A DNA stretch of 64,000 nucleotides from an uncultured Chloroflexia bacterium (GTDB taxonomy: Bacteria; Chloroflexota; Limnocylindria; Limnocylindrales; CSP1-4): the NCBI GenBank assembly GCA_963748625.1, contig CAVVJT010000010.1, positions 1,280,001 through 1,344,000 on the forward strand. Direction: 5' to 3'. The notes beneath the pieces were generated by a model. It was given only the letters and a program-made list of their open reading frames with translations, was not told where the DNA came from and did no database searches. Below are positions 42,879 through 53,742 of the stretch, in pieces. The position numbers and the translations under genes are program-made. How positions within the stretch are numbered: position 1 is the first letter of the stretch; each line of letters begins with the position of its first letter.

Positions 42879-43582
42879 CGGAACCCGTGCGGCTCCTCCT
42901 TGTCGATGACGATCTCCGGCTGGTCGGGTTCCTGCGGGACCGCCTGGTCGCCGACGGCTTTGATGTCACCACCGCGTCCCGCGGGCGTGATGCCCTCGCG
43001 GCCGTGGACCGCCGGTGGCCGGACCTGATCGTGCTCGACATGATGCTCCCGGACATGACCGGTGAGCGGGTGGCGACCGAGGTCAAGCGGCGCGCGGACC
43101 TGCCGATCATCGTGCTGTCGGCCGTGTCCGAGGTCGGGACGAAGACCACCATGATCAGCGACTACGCGGAGGACTACCTCACCAAGCCGTTCCACTACCC
43201 GGAGCTGCGGGCGCGGATCGAGCGGGTGCTGCGGCGCTTGGAGGACCGTATCCCCGTGCAGCAGGTGGACATCGGCGATGGCCTCACCCTGGACCTGCGG
43301 CGCCGGGAGGCCACCGTGGACGGCACGCCCATCTCGCTCACGCCCACCGAGACGCGGCTCCTGAGCGCCCTCGCGTCGGTTCCCGGACGGACGCTCTCCA
43401 CCGAGCAGCTCCTGTCCCGCGTCTGGACCGACACGGACGGCGCTGACCCGGTCTACGTGTGGGTGACCGTGCGCCGCCTGCGCCAGAAGCTGGAGCCCGA
43501 CGCGTCCAGCCCGCGGTTCCTTCTGACGGTGAAGGGCGGGGGGTACCGGCTCGGGAACCCTGAGGCCGGGCAGGAGGGATGA
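42875..43582 (+). CDS. OmpR/KdpE-like response regulator
   Basis: [39 protein letters not shown]. Confidence 0.92.
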   Translation: MTEPVRLLLVDDDLRLVGFLRDRLVADGFDVTTASRGRDALAAVDRRWPDLIVLDMMLPDMTGERVATEVKRRADLPIIVLSAVSEVGTKTTMISDYAEDYLTKPFHYPELRARIERVLRRLEDRIPVQQVDIGDGLTLDLRRREATVDGTPISLTPTETRLLSALASVPGRTLSTEQLLSRVWTDTDGADPVYVWVTVRRLRQKLEPDASSPRFLLTVKGGGYRLGNPEAGQEG

Positions 43583-45768
43583 CGTCCCGGCGCCGGGTCG
43601 GCGTGCCCGGCGTCAGGCTCGGGTTCTCGGGCCTGGTCGCGCTGAGCCTCCTGGTCGCTGCCATCGCGCCCGTGGCGTTTCTGGGCGTGCTGGTCGGCGA
43701 GCTCACCGGGCAGGCGGCCACCAGCGATGCGGCAGAGCGGGCAAAGCGGGCGTCGGACACCGCAGCCGCCGTGGCGCAGCGGGAGGCGGCGGACCTCGAC
43801 AACCTGGTGCGCGACTACACGCAGTGGCAGGCCTTCGCATCCCAGCTGGAGACCGGGGACCTTGAACCCGTGCGGACCGACGTCCTGGAGTTCCTCGTGG
43901 AGCGTGGGGCAATCGCCGCGGGCGTGGTCGCCACTGACGCCGGGCAGGTGACGGCGGGCGATCCGGCCGTCGTGGAGGCGCTCGTCAACGCCCTCGGGCG
44001 CCCCGGTGACGATCCGTTCACGATCACGGTGGACGGGCGGGTGTACCTGGCCGACAACGATCCGGTACCCGCGGCCGACGGCGGCGAAGGTCGCCTTGGC
44101 GAGCTCGTGCTCGCGTCGGCGCTCGACGCGCGCTTCGCCGCCCGGGTCGAGGACCTGACCGGGTTCTCCAGTGCCGTGCTTGACGGCAGCGGCGAGGTGT
44201 CGGTCGCCACGGACGCGGAGCTGGCGGCGCAGGCACTCGAGGTGACGGCCGGCGCCAGCACCACGGCGGTCGTCAAGGAGGGCGACCTGGTGGCGACGCG
44301 TGTGCCCCTGGTGGCCGGCGCGGATGATGCGCACGTGCTGCTGGCCACGAAGCTCGGCTCCCTGCAGGTGACACTCGTGGCCCTGCCCGCGGTCGTCCGG
44401 GCGCTGCTGCTCGCGGCCACAGCGTTCGCCCTGCTCGTGGCTGCCCTGCTCGCGCGCGTGCTCGGTCATCGCCTGCGGTTCGTGACCGAGGGTCTCGCGG
44501 CGATGGCGGACGGACGCGTGCCGCCCCCGGTGGCGGACGCCGGCGGCGACGACATCGGCCGCGTTGCAGCCGGCATGGACCGCCTCGTCAGGACGCTCGA
44601 CCGGCGCGAGACCACCCTGCGCCACTGCCTGGCCGCCGCGTCCGCCGTCCCGATCAATCTCACGCCGCACGAGGCGGCAGCCAAGCTCACGGCGGCCACT
44701 GTCCGCATCTTCGACGTGGCCTGGTGCCGTCTCGAGGAGGCTGACGGAACCGCAATCACCGCCACTGCCCCGACCGCCACCGCCTCGGCGGCGGCCACCG
44801 GGGAACAGGTCGCCGACGCGCCGATGGGCCTTGGCGCGGACGGACGCCGGCTCGTCGTGGGGATTCCGGCAGCCCGAGCCTGGACCGATGGCGACCTCGC
44901 CTCGCTCGAGGTCATGGCCCTGCTGGTGGGCGGGGTACTCCTGGAGGCCGACGCATATGCCCGCGCCGCGGGCCGCGCCGACCGTCTCGACCGCCTCAAC
45001 CGGCTGCAGAAGGAGTTCCTGCGCTCCATCAGTCACAACCTGCGCGCGCCGCTCGCCACGATCGAGCTCGCGGCTTCGGATATCAGCGAAACGGCGACGG
45101 ACCCGTTCGTCCGGGATCGGGCGGTGGCAATCCGGGCCGAGGAGCGGCGCCTGGCCCGCCTTGTGACGCAGGTGCTCACCCTCAGCAGGATCGAGACAGG
45201 CACCCTCCAGCTCGACGGCGAGCCGATCGCCCTCGCGCCCGTCGCCCGCCGGATCGCGGAGGAGCTCGCGGTCATCGGGCGTGTCGAGATCACCGATCTC
45301 GCCCACGGCGCCGTCGCCTTCGCCGACGTGGGGGCCGTGGAGCAGATCGCCTGGATCCTGCTCGACAACGCCGCCCACTACGCGCCGACCGGTCCCATCC
45401 GGGTCACGATCGAGACGGTCAGGGAGGCCGGAGAAGGGGGCCTCCTCCTGCGCATGACCGTGGAGGACGAGGGTCCGGGTATCGCCCCCGAGGACCGGCG
45501 CCGGATCTTCCAGCGGTTCGTGCGCGGCGGCGCATCGAGAGGCACCGAGGGGACAGGCCTCGGGCTCAGCGTGGCACGGAGCCTGGCCCGCGCGCTGGGC
45601 GGGGACCTGGTGAACCGCCCCGCGCAGGGTGCGCGCTTCGAGCTGACGCTCCCGGCAGAGGGGCCCGAGGGCTTCGAAGGCTACGGAGGACCCGCCCACC
45701 CCGGCGAGCCCGAGGGCCCCGGCGAGCCCGAGGGCCCCGGCCGCCCCGGCGAGGCACACCAAGCCTGA
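43579..45768 (+). CDS. Sensor histidine kinase (extracellular sensor, HAMP, GAF-like, HisKA, HATPase)
   Basis: Two TM helices, H-box SHNLRAPL, N-box LLDNA, DEGPGI, GTGLGL. Confidence 0.9.
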   Translation: MTSRRRVGVPGVRLGFSGLVALSLLVAAIAPVAFLGVLVGELTGQAATSDAAERAKRASDTAAAVAQREAADLDNLVRDYTQWQAFASQLETGDLEPVRTDVLEFLVERGAIAAGVVATDAGQVTAGDPAVVEALVNALGRPGDDPFTITVDGRVYLADNDPVPAADGGEGRLGELVLASALDARFAARVEDLTGFSSAVLDGSGEVSVATDAELAAQALEVTAGASTTAVVKEGDLVATRVPLVAGADDAHVLLATKLGSLQVTLVALPAVVRALLLAATAFALLVAALLARVLGHRLRFVTEGLAAMADGRVPPPVADAGGDDIGRVAAGMDRLVRTLDRRETTLRHCLAAASAVPINLTPHEAAAKLTAATVRIFDVAWCRLEEADGTAITATAPTATASAAATGEQVADAPMGLGADGRRLVVGIPAARAWTDGDLASLEVMALLVGGVLLEADAYARAAGRADRLDRLNRLQKEFLRSISHNLRAPLATIELAASDISETATDPFVRDRAVAIRAEERRLARLVTQVLTLSRIETGTLQLDGEPIALAPVARRIAEELAVIGRVEITDLAHGAVAFADVGAVEQIAWILLDNAAHYAPTGPIRVTIETVREAGEGGLLLRMTVEDEGPGIAPEDRRRIFQRFVRGGASRGTEGTGLGLSVARSLARALGGDLVNRPAQGARFELTLPAEGPEGFEGYGGPAHPGEPEGPGEPEGPGRPGEAHQA

Positions 45769-45883
45769 CGATCAGCGAACAGATGGAGCACGCGGCCTTT
45801 AGGCCGCTTGCGGGGCGTGGGCCGGGCCGGGCGGCGGCGCGACAGGCCGGACGGCGGCGCGACAGGCCAGCGGCACGGTGCCC

Positions 45884-46705
45884 TCAGCGATGGCGCCACT
45901 CTGGCGGCCGCTTCTCCAGGAAGGCGGCCATGCCCTCCGCCTGGTCCTCAGTCTCGAAGAGTGCCTCGAACCGGTCGCGCTCATAGCGGATCCCCTCGCG
46001 CAGGGGCAGCTGCTGGGCCGCCACCACCGACGCCTTGGCCGCCTCGACGGCCGCGCGGGGCATCTGTGCGACCACACCAGCCAGCTCCAGCGCACGGGCG
46101 AGCGTGCCGTCGGACGGCGCCACCACCTCGGTCACGAGCCCGAGGGCGTCCGCCTCGCGGGCGCCGATCCGCCGCCCGGTGAGGACCAGCTCCATCGCCT
46201 TGGCCTTGCCGATCGCACGCGCGAGGCGCTGCGTCCCACCCGCTCCCGGGATCACGCCGATACGGATCTCCGGCTGGCCGAAGGACGCGTCCTCGCCGGC
46301 GACCAGCATGTCGCAGGCCATGGCGAGCTCCGCCCCACCACCCAGCGCAAACCCGCGAACGGCGGCGATCACCGGCGAGCGCAACGCACCGATGTGGTCC
46401 AGCACACGGAACGGATCCTCGGCCCGCAGTGAGCCCTCCGACTCGGACGCGAGGTCCGCGATGTCCGCGCCCGCCGCGAACGCGCGCTCGCCTGCCCCGG
46501 TGATGACGATGGCGCGACATGCAGGGTCGGCATCGAGCACGCCCAGGACGTCATCGAGCTGGCCGAGCATCGCGAACGAGAGGGCGTTGAGCGCCTTCGG
46601 ACGATCCAGGACGACCAGCGCGACGTTCTCGAGCGGCCCATAACCTGCAGGGAAGTCCACGCGCACGAGCGAGGGCGCCTGGTCGAGGGCACGATCATCG
46701 GTCAT
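45884..46705 (-). CDS. Enoyl-CoA hydratase (PaaF-like)
   Basis: RPKALNAL, AFAAGADI, ALGGGAELA, GQPEIRIGVIPGAGGTQRL, EGMAAFLEKR. Confidence 0.92.
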   Translation of the reverse strand: MTDDRALDQAPSLVRVDFPAGYGPLENVALVVLDRPKALNALSFAMLGQLDDVLGVLDADPACRAIVITGAGERAFAAGADIADLASESEGSLRAEDPFRVLDHIGALRSPVIAAVRGFALGGGAELAMACDMLVAGEDASFGQPEIRIGVIPGAGGTQRLARAIGKAKAMELVLTGRRIGAREADALGLVTEVVAPSDGTLARALELAGVVAQMPRAAVEAAKASVVAAQQLPLREGIRYERDRFEALFETEDQAEGMAAFLEKRPPEWRHR

Positions 46706-46722
46706 GGGGACCTCCTCGCCGG

Positions 46723-47259
46723 TCAGCCCTCGGGCGACTCGGGCTTGCCGACGACCCGGGACGTGGTCGCACGCTGGATTTGCAGGTAGCGCTTGCGGTG
46801 GTACAGGAGCGGGGGCGCCTCGGGCTCCTCGAGCGTGCAGGCCTCCACGCGCCCCACGAACAGGAAGTGGTCGCCCACCTCGAACCGCTTGAGCACGGCG
46901 CACTCGAGCGACGCGATGGCCCCCGCGATCAGCGGCAGCCCGGTCATGCCCGGATGCCACGGGGCACCGCAGAAGGCATCGCGGCTGGGCGTGACGTTGG
47001 CGCCCGCGAAGCAGTCCGAGAGCCACTGCTGGTCCTCGGCGAGGATGTTCACCGCGTAGCGGTGCGACGCGTCGATGGCCGGGACGATGAACCGCTTGCG
47101 GTCCAGCGCGATCATCACGATCGGCGGGTCCAGGCTGACCGAGGTCAGCGCGTTGACCGTGATGCCCTGGGGGGCGGTGCCGTCGAGGGTGGTCACCACG
47201 GTGACCCCCGTGGCGAACTGGCCAATGGCGGTACGGAAGTCGGCGAGCGGGACGTTCAC
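46723..47259 (-). CDS. Flavin reductase family protein
   Basis: FRTAIGQFATGVTVVT, SVSLDPP, GDH, PLLY. Confidence 0.92.
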   Translation of the reverse strand: MNVPLADFRTAIGQFATGVTVVTTLDGTAPQGITVNALTSVSLDPPIVMIALDRKRFIVPAIDASHRYAVNILAEDQQWLSDCFAGANVTPSRDAFCGAPWHPGMTGLPLIAGAIASLECAVLKRFEVGDHFLFVGRVEACTLEEPEAPPLLYHRKRYLQIQRATTSRVVGKPESPEG

Positions 47260-47290
47260 GCCCGGAAGCATACGCGGCGTGGCGGCGCGT

Positions 47291-47339
47291 GCCAGACGGT
47301 CCGTCCCTGCCCGACGGTCTGTCCCTGCCCGACGGTCCG
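47291..47339. repeat. 18-bp tandem repeat x2.7 in a divergent promoter region
   Basis: GCC(A/C)GACGGTC(C/T)GTCCCT. Confidence 0.7.
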
Positions 47340-47399
47340 GGGCCATGCGGGCCATCCGGCCCGTCCCGCGCGGGCAGACAGCGCACTACCATCCGCGCC

Positions 47400-48827
47400 A
47401 TGACTACCGACCCTGCTGCCACCCCGGCTGCCACCCCGGCCACCCGCATCGAGCGGGACTCCATGGGCGAGATGGAGGTTCCCGCGGACGCCCTGTACGG
47501 CGCCTCCACCCAGCGTGCCGTCCTCAACTTCCCGATCTCAGGCCAGCGGATGCCGCGCCGGTTCCTGCGCGCCCTGGCGCTCGTGAAGCTGGCCGCCGCG
47601 GAGACGAATGCCGGGCTGGGCCTGATCGACGCCCCCAAGGCCGCCGCCATCGCCTTCGCCGCGCGCGAGGTTGCCGAGGGCCGGTACGACGAGCACTTCC
47701 CGATCGACGTCTACCAGACGGGATCGGGCACCTCGACGAACACGAACATGAACGAGGTGATCTCGCATCTTGCATCGGCACGCCTGGGCGGGGCCAAGGT
47801 CCACCCCAACGACGACGTCAACAAGTGCCAGTCCTCCAACGACACGATCCCGACGGCGCTGCAGCTGTCGGGCGCGATCGCGATCGAGGAGGAGCTGATC
47901 CCGGCGCTCATCGACCTGCAGGGCGCCCTGGCGGCCAAGGCTGACGAGTTCTGGGGCGTTGTCAAGACCGGCCGAACGCACCTGCAGGACGCCACGCCGA
48001 TCCGCCTGGGCCAGGAGTTCGCGGGCTATGCGGGCCAGGTCGAGGAGGCGATCCGCCGGGCACAGGCCGCGCGCGACGAGCTCCTCGTGGTGCCGCTGGG
48101 CGGGACCGCGGTAGGGACGGGCATCAACGCCCACCCGGAGTACGCGGCCCGGGCCTGCGGCCACCTCTCCGAGCTGACCGGCCTCCTCGTCCGCGAGACG
48201 TCGAACCACTTCCATGCCCAGGCAGCGCTGGATGCACCGATCGCGGCGCACGGTGGCCTGCGCGCGATCGCGCTGGGCCTGTGGAAGATCGCGTCGGACA
48301 TCCGGTTCATGGGCATGGGCCCGCGCGCCGGCCTTGCCGAGCTTGCGCTGCCGGAGACGCAGCCGGGCTCCTCGATCATGCCGGGCAAGGTGAACCCGGT
48401 CATCGTCGAGTCGCTCACGATGGTCGTCGCACGGGTGATCGGCAACGACGCCACCGTCGCCTTCGGCCAGACGGGATCGTTCCTCGAGCTCAACGTGATG
48501 ATGCCGGTGACGGCCCAGGCGCTCCTGGAGTCGATCGCGCTGCTCGCGGCCTCGGCACGCAACTTCAAGGTGAAGCTCGTCGACGGGCTGAAGGCCACCG
48601 AGCGCGGGCCGCAGCTGGTGGAGCAGGGCCTGATGCTGGCGACGGCGCTCGCGCCCGAGATCGGCTACGACGCGGCCGCCGCGATGGCCAAGGAGGGCTT
48701 CAAGAGCGGGCGCACGATCCGGGAAATGGCGCTCGAGAGAGGCATTCCTGCCGACAGGCTCGACGAGCTCCTGGACCCGCTCAAGATGACGGAGCCGGGG
48801 CTCGGTGGCGGATCAGCCGGAGGCTGA
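47400..48827 (+). CDS. fumC: Fumarate hydratase class II
   Basis: RIERDSMG, QTGSGTS, HPNDDVN, GRTHLQDATP, GSSIMPGKVNP. Confidence 0.93.
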   Translation: MTTDPAATPAATPATRIERDSMGEMEVPADALYGASTQRAVLNFPISGQRMPRRFLRALALVKLAAAETNAGLGLIDAPKAAAIAFAAREVAEGRYDEHFPIDVYQTGSGTSTNTNMNEVISHLASARLGGAKVHPNDDVNKCQSSNDTIPTALQLSGAIAIEEELIPALIDLQGALAAKADEFWGVVKTGRTHLQDATPIRLGQEFAGYAGQVEEAIRRAQAARDELLVVPLGGTAVGTGINAHPEYAARACGHLSELTGLLVRETSNHFHAQAALDAPIAAHGGLRAIALGLWKIASDIRFMGMGPRAGLAELALPETQPGSSIMPGKVNPVIVESLTMVVARVIGNDATVAFGQTGSFLELNVMMPVTAQALLESIALLAASARNFKVKLVDGLKATERGPQLVEQGLMLATALAPEIGYDAAAAMAKEGFKSGRTIREMALERGIPADRLDELLDPLKMTEPGLGGGSAGG

Positions 48828-48892
48828 CTCGGCCGGCGGGGCTGACGGCTCGCCAGTGGGCGCCGGGCGGACGGGGCGGCCCTCCCGCTCGA

Positions 48893-49317
48893 CTACTCGG
48901 CCGTGATCGTCCCGACCATGTTCGGGTGGATGGTGCAGACGAACGGGTAGGCGCCCGCGGCGAGGGCAGGAACGGCGACCTGGACCATCATCGGCCCCGT
49001 GATGATCTCGCTCACGGCGAGGTCGTTGCCGTTGGCGTCCCTGACCACGATGTCGTGCGGGATGCCCTGGTCCTTGTTGTCGAAGATGATCGTGAACGCC
49101 TGGTCCGCCGGCACCGTGACGGCGGCAGGCTCGAAGGCGATGTTGATCGCGACGATGCGCGTCCCGGGCGCCTCGGAGCCGCCGACGGGGGTCGGATCGC
49201 GGCGGACGGCGCGGTGACCGGCGGGATCGTGGGAACGGCGGAGCCACCACAGGCGGCGAGTGCCAGCGAGGCGAGCAGGAGGAGCGCCGCGACACGCGCC
49301 GGGCGACGGGATGACAT
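48893..49317 (-). pseudogene. Cupredoxin-domain lipoprotein with a -1 frameshift at about 49195 (possibly a sequencing error)
   Basis: Signal/lipobox LALAAC in one frame; NIAF, PHD and CTIHPNMVG type-1 Cu ligands in the adjacent frame. Confidence 0.75.
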
Positions 49318-49380
49318 GTGCATGCCCACAGGGTTCGGCCGATCGGGCACAACCGTCAAATCCACCCCTGCGTATGCTCC

Positions 49381-49431
49381 CTGCCTGCACGTCCCGAGCT
49401 GCCTGCACGTCCCGAACTGCCTGCACGTCCC
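49381..49431. repeat. 18-bp tandem repeat x2.8
   Basis: CTGCCTGCACGTCCCGA(G/A). Confidence 0.75.
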
Positions 49432-49449
49432 CAGCACGAGGTCCCGCTG

Positions 49450-50118
49450 ATGTTCGACCCGATTCCGCCCAGCGAGTTCCTGGCCTCCGACGGTGTCGAG
49501 GACTGGCGCATCCTGGGCGACGGCATCTGCGCCTTCTTCACCACCGCCTCGTACGAGGCGGCAGCGCGATTCGCGGCGGCGATCGGCGCGCTCCCGGGGG
49601 TCGAGGACCGGCCGCCGGCGGTGGACATCCGGGCGACCGGCGTGACGATCCGCCTGATCTCCGCGCGCGACGACTGGTTCGGTCCCAGCCGCCAGGACGC
49701 CGACCTCGCGCGGGAGATCTCGCGAGTCGCCCGCGACATGGGCCTGGGCACGGCGCCCGAGCGCATGCAGAGCGTGCTGGTGGTCCCGGGCGCGTCCGAC
49801 ATCGCGGCCATCACGCCCTTCTGGCGCGCGGCGCTCGGCTACGAGCCGCGCCGGGACAGCCCCGACGAGGACCTCGTGGATCCCGCCGACCGGGGGCCCG
49901 CGTTCTGGTTCGAGGGGATGGACGAACCCCGTGCCGACGGGCTCGGCGCGATCCACGTCGCTGTCTGGGTGCCGCTCGAGGTGGCGGAAGCCCGGGTCGC
50001 GGCGGCACTGGCGGCGGGAGGCCACCTCGTGCGTGCCACGCACGCGCCGGCCTGGTGGACGCTGGCCGACGCCGCCGGCAACGAGGTGGACATCGCCACG
50101 ATCGCCGAGCGCGGCTGA
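49450..50118 (+). CDS. Pterin-carbinolamine dehydratase-like / VOC (glyoxalase) two-domain protein
   Basis: DWR...DADLAREIS N-domain; FWRAALGY, DPADRGP, WWTLADAAGNEVDI. Confidence 0.85.
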   Translation: MFDPIPPSEFLASDGVEDWRILGDGICAFFTTASYEAAARFAAAIGALPGVEDRPPAVDIRATGVTIRLISARDDWFGPSRQDADLAREISRVARDMGLGTAPERMQSVLVVPGASDIAAITPFWRAALGYEPRRDSPDEDLVDPADRGPAFWFEGMDEPRADGLGAIHVAVWVPLEVAEARVAAALAAGGHLVRATHAPAWWTLADAAGNEVDIATIAERG

Positions 50119-50193
50119 ACGGTCGGGCGAGCCGGGGCTCGTCCCGCCCCCTGGCGACGGGGGCACTGGCGCAGCCCGTGAGGCGGACTCCCT

Positions 50194-50339
50194 CCCGCCC
50201 ACCGGGCCTTGTGTGCGGAGTTCTGCGCAACCGTCCCGCCCGGCGGGCAGCCGAGGCCGCAGCCGGCCGTTTCGACCCGGATCGTGCCGCTGGGCGGGCC
50301 AGACGTGCAGGTTCCCGTACGGAGTGCCCGCTGGGCGGC
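50194..50339. repeat. 146-bp four-box palindromic dispersed element, copy 4
   Basis: Boxes at 50194, 50235, 50286, 50327. Confidence 0.85.
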
Positions 50340-50385
50340 AGGCGATGGGACCTGCAGCTTGCAGGCCGTGGGGCTTGCAGGCCGG

Positions 50386-50460
50386 GGGGTCGGGTCGCCC
50401 GGGGTCGGGTCGCCCGGGGTCGGGTCGCCCGGGGTCGGGTCGCCCGGGGTCGGGTCGCCC
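50386..50460. repeat. Perfect 15-bp tandem repeat x5 (GGGGTCGGGTCGCCC)
   Basis: Read directly; followed by inverted CGACCCGAC. Confidence 0.9.
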
Positions 50461-50514
50461 GACCCGACGCATGACACCTGTCCGCGACCGGCCCGTGCGG
50501 CTACAATCCGCGCC

Positions 50515-51298
50515 ATGTCCGCCACCCGCGCCTGGGACCGCGCAGGTTCCCTCCCCGTCCCCACTGCCGGCCGCCCCAAGCCCGAGATCGCCGCCCTCGG
50601 CGCCAGCCCTCCCGGCCGTGGCCGATCTCTTCACGTTCATGCGCGACGCCGAACTCCGCTTCGGCACCCTGCGCATGCGCATCGAGGAACACGCCTGGAC
50701 CGCCCGCGGCGAGGAGGTCACCACCTTGGACGTGCTGCTCCGCCATCCCGGCGAGGCCCGGGTCCGGGTCAGCTCATCGGTGGGGGCGATTGACGACAAC
50801 TACGAGCTCTGGATGAGCGATGGCACCACCGTCCGCCAGTACCACGCCTCGCGCAACACCGGCACCCAGCGCCCTGTGCGCTCGGGTGTCCGCGGCACCA
50901 ACGGCCCGGACCTCCCGGCCTCCAGCCACCAGTACCGCCCGGTGACGCCGCTGCTGGCGGAGTCGCTGCCGGACCTGTTCATCCACCCCGCCGGCTACTG
51001 CCAGAACGTGCTGGCCACCGGCGCTTGCCGGATCACCGGCACCACGAGCGTCGCAGGCCGCGAGGCGATCGTGGTGGAGTGCGATCACCCGCGCACCGTC
51101 GAGGTCATGGCGGACCGCCCGGACTTCGCCGTCCGCATCGCGGTGGACCGCCGCGACGGCGTCATCCTGCGCCTCGAGGAGTCCCTCGGCGGCCAGGTCA
51201 CCCGCGACGCGGTGGTGACGTCGTACCAGCCGGACGCCGCGCTGTCCGGGCGGGACTTCGACTTCACGTTCCCGGACGGAACCACCTTCGTCTACTAG
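50515..51298 (+). pseudogene. Conserved hypothetical protein (LolA/RseB-like fold guessed); +1 frameshift at about 50608
   Basis: TACAAT-7 nt-ATG start; removing one C from AGCCCTCCC joins MSATRAW...ALGAS to LPAVADLFTFMRDAELRF...FTFPDGTTFVY*. Confidence 0.65.
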
Positions 51299-51412
51299 CC
51301 CGGCCGGCGGCCCGCGAGTCGCAGAGCGAGGGGATCGCCGCGACGGTCGCTTGTCGCTACCATTCCGTTCGCGCGACTGCCGGCCGGCACGCGCACACGA
51401 GGGAGAGGGACG

Positions 51413-52396
51413 ATGTCCGCCAAGAAGTCCACAGAGTCCGACGAGCGCGCGGCGCCGGCTGCAGACGAGCCCGCGGCGCCGGCGCCCGACGACATCGTGG
51501 CGGCGGCCGAGGCTGTCGACGACCTGGACGACGACCAGGACAAGGCAGGCACCTTCAGCGGCGAGCAGGTGGACCCGGGCCAGCGGCGGATCGCCATCGG
51601 CGTCGACGTGGGCGGATCGGGCATCAAGGCGGCCGCCGTGGACCTGGACACGGGTGATCTCATCGGGCCCCGGCACCGCGTTCCCACGCCACAGCCCTCG
51701 TCGCCTGCGGCGGTCATGGCCTCCATCGGGCGGCTCGTCAAGAAGATCGGTGCCGAGGTCAAGCTCGCGCCCGACACGGCGGTCGGCGTGGGCTTTCCGG
51801 CGGTCGTGATCGACGGCGTGACCAAGAGCGCGGCGAATGTCGATCCGGGCTGGATGGATTTCGATGCCGACGGCGCCCTGGAACGGGTGCTCGGCCGGCC
51901 CGTGCACCTGGTGAACGACGCGGACGCCGCGGGCGTGGCCGAGATGCGCTTCGGTGCGGGCGTCGGCCAGCGTGGCACCGTGTTCCTCATCACCCTTGGT
52001 ACCGGGACGGGGTCGGCCCTCTTCCGCAACGGCCTGCTCGTGCCCAACCTGGAGCTCGGGCACATGGAGATCCGGGGACGCGATGCGGAGCGCCGTTCCG
52101 CGGCGGTGGCCCGCATCAGGCGCGGGCTGTCATGGAAGGCGTGGGCGGCCGACCTCGACGAGCACCTGGTGGCCATCGAGAAGCTGTTCTCGCCGAAGCT
52201 GTTCATCATCGGCGGGGGCGTCTCCAAGCGGTCGGACCGGTTCATCCCCCGGCTCACCGTGCGCGCCGCCGTGGTTCCGGCCAGGCTCCTCAATGATGCC
52301 GGGATCGTGGGCGCGGCCATGGCAGCGGCCGAGCAGGAGGTCGACAGGGCCGAGCAAGCCGAGCTGGGGGCCGACAGGGCCGGCCAGGCCGACTGA
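51413..52396 (+). CDS. ppgK: ROK family polyphosphate glucokinase
   Basis: [42 protein letters not shown]. Confidence 0.9.
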   Translation: MSAKKSTESDERAAPAADEPAAPAPDDIVAAAEAVDDLDDDQDKAGTFSGEQVDPGQRRIAIGVDVGGSGIKAAAVDLDTGDLIGPRHRVPTPQPSSPAAVMASIGRLVKKIGAEVKLAPDTAVGVGFPAVVIDGVTKSAANVDPGWMDFDADGALERVLGRPVHLVNDADAAGVAEMRFGAGVGQRGTVFLITLGTGTGSALFRNGLLVPNLELGHMEIRGRDAERRSAAVARIRRGLSWKAWAADLDEHLVAIEKLFSPKLFIIGGGVSKRSDRFIPRLTVRAAVVPARLLNDAGIVGAAMAAAEQEVDRAEQAELGADRAGQAD

Positions 52397-52450
52397 CGCT
52401 CCGGGCTGGCCTTCCGACGCCCAGCCCCCGCATCCTTGGAGTCGAAACTC

Positions 52451-52531
52451 ATCCGCACAAGGATGGTTTGGCGGATCCATCCGTGCAGGATTGTTGGCCG
52501 AGTCCATCCGCGCAGGGATGGAATCGCGGGG
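52451..52531. repeat. Third copy (inverted) of the ATCC...GGAT repeat family, between convergent genes
   Basis: Boxes ATCCGCACAAGGAT (52451), ATCCGTGCAGGAT (52479), ATCCGCGCAGGGAT (52506). Confidence 0.7.
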
Positions 52532-52564
52532 TGGGCGTGAGCCGGCGGCCTCAGCTGCGGGCGA

Positions 52565-53617
52565 TCAGCTCCGGGTGCTCAGCACCGTGAGCGCCTCGGT
52601 CGAGCCGGAGGCGATCACGCTCTCGCCCACGCGGATGGTCCGCGTCTCGGGCGGGTTTGCCTCGTAGGCCCCGTCCTCCTGCAGGATCGCCAGGGTCACG
52701 ATGCCATCGGCGCGCAGCTCGCCCACCGTGACACCCGCCAACGGGCTCTCCTCGTCCACCGCCACCTCCTCCAGCGAGAAGGACAGGTTGCCGTGTGAGA
52801 GGGCGGCATCGATGTAGTCCACGACGCGGGGCCGGATGGCGAGCTCGGCGATCCGCCGGCCGGCCATCGTGTACGGGGAGACCACGCGCTGGGCGCCGGC
52901 CTGGACGAGCTTCGCCTCCGAGCCGCCGGTGTTGGCCCGGGCAACGATGAACAGGCCGGGATTCATGCCCCGCGCCGTCAGCGTCACATAGACGTTGTTC
53001 GCGTCGGAGTCGATGGTGGTGATCAGTCCCCGGGCCGCTTCCACCCCGGCCATCCGCAGCGTCTCATCGAGCGTGGCATCACCCTGGACGATGAGGTGGC
53101 CGTCCGCGGCCGCACGCTCCAGGGACTCCGGCAGGATGTCGATCACGACCAGACGCTGGCCCGTATGGACCAGCTCCCGCGCCACGGTGGATCCGACCCG
53201 GCCGTAGCCGCAGACGATGTAGTGGCCCCGTAGCGCCGCCACGGCCTCCGCCATCCGCTTCGCCTCCCGCCGCCCGCTGGCAGCCTCGCTGATGATGGTC
53301 TCGGCCACGATGCCGATGGACCCGAAGATGATGCCCACGCCCGCGACCGCGAGCAGCATCGTCCAGAGCCGCTCGGGGAACGTCGTGAGGTCGTGGACCT
53401 CCTTGAAGCCCACCGTCGTCAGCGTGATCGCCGTCATGTAGATCGCGTCGCTGAACGACCAGCTGAAGAAGACGATGTAGCCCAGCGCGCCCGCGATCGT
53501 GACCGTGATCACCGCGATGATCCAGGACCGCACGTGGCTTCCCCGAACGGCGTCCGCCAGCGCGTGCCGGAGGGCGCCGTACGGCGAGGTGCGTGTCCGG
53601 GCGGGCGTGCGGGCCAT
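52565..53617 (-). CDS. Potassium channel family protein (2TM pore plus RCK/TrkA-N and TrkA-C)
   Basis: Pore TLTTVGF, CGYGRVG, GDAT, DANN. Confidence 0.92.
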   Translation of the reverse strand: MARTPARTRTSPYGALRHALADAVRGSHVRSWIIAVITVTIAGALGYIVFFSWSFSDAIYMTAITLTTVGFKEVHDLTTFPERLWTMLLAVAGVGIIFGSIGIVAETIISEAASGRREAKRMAEAVAALRGHYIVCGYGRVGSTVARELVHTGQRLVVIDILPESLERAAADGHLIVQGDATLDETLRMAGVEAARGLITTIDSDANNVYVTLTARGMNPGLFIVARANTGGSEAKLVQAGAQRVVSPYTMAGRRIAELAIRPRVVDYIDAALSHGNLSFSLEEVAVDEESPLAGVTVGELRADGIVTLAILQEDGAYEANPPETRTIRVGESVIASGSTEALTVLSTRS

Positions 53618-53742
53618 GGCCCGATGCTAACAGCGCCCTCCCGCGTCGAGAGGGCCATCCGGCGCAGATCGACAGGCCCCCCGGGCGGTCCGGCGGCGGC
53701 TTCCGGGCCGGTCCAGCCCGATGTCCCCGATAATCACCCGAC

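Noticed and set aside
41900-43195. Long N-terminal extensions of thiolase (841 aa), PurK (803 aa), DUF2461 and enoyl-CoA hydratase in the ORF track
   Set aside because: They overlap other real genes or repeats; better starts are marked by an RBS or -10 box
42053-43582. 509-aa lipoprotein-response regulator fusion in the ORF track
   Set aside because: Caused by one extra C in a tandem repeat at about 42764; the corrected frame stops at 42878, overlapping the regulator's own ATG, and an exported regulator is implausible
53395-53425. K+ channel filter TVGFK instead of TVGYG
   Set aside because: Such variants are frequent in bacterial RCK-gated channel homologs; not evidence of novelty by itself
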